Shown here one piece after another: positions 62,813-64,000 of a stretch of 64,000 bases of DNA. This DNA comes from an uncultured Verrucomicrobiae bacterium. Lineage in GTDB: Bacteria; Verrucomicrobiota; Verrucomicrobiia; Chthoniobacterales; UBA10450. The stretch spans positions 32,001 through 96,000 of the forward strand of contig CAWFGO010000001.1 in NCBI GenBank assembly GCA_963815455.1, given 5' to 3'. Position 1 is the first letter of the stretch; each line of letters starts with the position of its first letter. Under the pieces are notes generated by a model, which was not told where the DNA came from, did no database searches, and saw nothing but the letters and a program-made list of their open reading frames with translations. The position numbers and the translations under genes were made by a program.

Positions 62813-63823
62813 ATGACGCCCCAAATGAAACCGCCGGAACCGGATATCGCGTTCGAAATTTCGCTGCGGCCGCCCGCTTTCAGTGAGTTCACCGGCCAGC
62901 TGAAAGTGCGCGAGCGGGTGGAATTGATGGTGGAAGCGGCGACGAAACGTGGCGATGTGCTGGAGCATATTTTATTAAGCGGGCCGCCAGGTCTCGGGAA
63001 AACGACGCTGGCCTACATCATTGCCAACGCCATGGGGGTGAAAATCAAAAATACGAGCGGTCCCGTGATCGAAAAAGCAGGTGATCTCGCGGGATTGCTT
63101 ACGAGCCTTGAGAAAGGCGATGTGCTCTTCATCGACGAGATTCACCGGCTGCAGCCAACCATCGAAGAATACCTTTATCCGGCGATGGAAGACTACAGGG
63201 TCGATATCATCATCGATCAAGGCCCGCAGGCACGCAGCCTCCGGCTGAATCTGCCGAAGTTCACGCTGGTCGGCGCCACGACGCGCGCCGGAATGGTCAG
63301 CGCGCCGCTCCGCTCCCGCTTCGGAATGTCGGCGCGCCTTGATTATTACAACGCCGAGGAGATGCAAAAGATCATTCTGCGCAGCGCGCGTCTGCTTGGG
63401 GTCGAGATCGATTCTGCCGGCGCAACTGAGATCGCCACTCGATCGCGCGGCACGCCGCGGACCGCCAACAATCTGTTGCGATGGGTCCGCGATTATGTGC
63501 AGGTCAAAGCCGATGGCAAGATCAACGCAGAACTGGCCGATCGCGCACTGGTCATGCTCGAGATCGATCGCGACGGCTTCGATCAATGGGACAAGCGCAT
63601 CATCGAGACCTTGATCCACAAATTCAATGGCGGGCCGGTCGGATTGAGTTCGTTAGCCGTTGCTGTCGGCGAAGAGGCCGGGACGCTGGAAGAGGTCAAC
63701 GAGCCGTATTTGATCATGGAAGGTTACATCCGCCGCACCGCTCAGGGCCGCGTCGCGACACCAAACGCCTATCGAAAGCTCGGATTGAAACCGCCCGCCG
63801 GCTCGCAGGCCGAATTATTGTAG
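62813..63823 (+). CDS. ruvB: Holliday junction branch migration helicase RuvB
   Basis: [32 protein letters not shown]. Confidence 0.98.
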   Translation: MTPQMKPPEPDIAFEISLRPPAFSEFTGQLKVRERVELMVEAATKRGDVLEHILLSGPPGLGKTTLAYIIANAMGVKIKNTSGPVIEKAGDLAGLLTSLEKGDVLFIDEIHRLQPTIEEYLYPAMEDYRVDIIIDQGPQARSLRLNLPKFTLVGATTRAGMVSAPLRSRFGMSARLDYYNAEEMQKIILRSARLLGVEIDSAGATEIATRSRGTPRTANNLLRWVRDYVQVKADGKINAELADRALVMLEIDRDGFDQWDKRIIETLIHKFNGGPVGLSSLAVAVGEEAGTLEEVNEPYLIMEGYIRRTAQGRVATPNAYRKLGLKPPAGSQAELL

Positions 63824-63835
63824 CCAAGATGCCTT

Positions 63836-63930
63836 CGTCATTCCGACCGAAGCGAAGCGAAGTGGAGGAATCCCGCGACGCCGCCTTTCGGTAATGCCAC
63901 GGGATGTCTCGACTTCGCTCGACATGACAG
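63836..63930. repeat. TGTCAT-type REP doublet
   Basis: CGTCATTCCGACCGAAGCGAAGCGAAG...GGGATGTCTCGACTTCGCTCGACATGACAG. Confidence 0.88.
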
Positions 63931-64000
63931 AAACGGCTGATCTCTTCCCGCAAACCGCAAAGGTTTTTACCGTTGCCGAGCTGACGCGACAGATTCGCGG
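63924..64000 (+). CDS. xseA: Probable exodeoxyribonuclease VII large subunit, 5' fragment cut by the window edge
   Basis: Reads MTETADLFPQTAKVFTVAELTRQIR, resembling the XseA N-terminus; only 25 codons visible. Confidence 0.6.
   Translation, partial: MTETADLFPQTAKVFTVAELTRQIR

Overview
GC-rich bacterial chromosomal segment. The gene repertoire (PEP-CTERM protein, dockerin-tailed secreted protein, hpnD, tandem pilT, DUF2851) suggests a soil Verrucomicrobiota/Chthoniobacterales-like organism; this is inference. Most of it is housekeeping: moaA-moaC-mogA, UbiD-family decarboxylase, lepA-lepB, LPS glycosyltransferases plus msbA, CNNM pair, xth, infA, pilT x2, bamD-lptE, serS, tRNA-Gly(CCC), PBP1A, purH, ruvB and the start of xseA. 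Three things stand out. (1) A tightly coupled four-gene operon of secreted proteins (49229-53673) includes a secretin core with no N-domains, fused to a Cys/Gln-Trp domain duplicated in the neighbouring gene. (2) A dockerin-tailed secreted protein lies next to a PEP-CTERM protein whose body looks cohesin-like, and both share a promoter-like motif (27826-31588). (3) Dense REP-like palindromic repeats of two families overlap stop and start codons, nest inside each other, and sit in-frame inside two proteins. Several genes, including essential serS, are frameshifted, most likely from sequencing/assembly error. No CRISPR array, integrase or transposase was seen. All calls are by eye; no searches were run.
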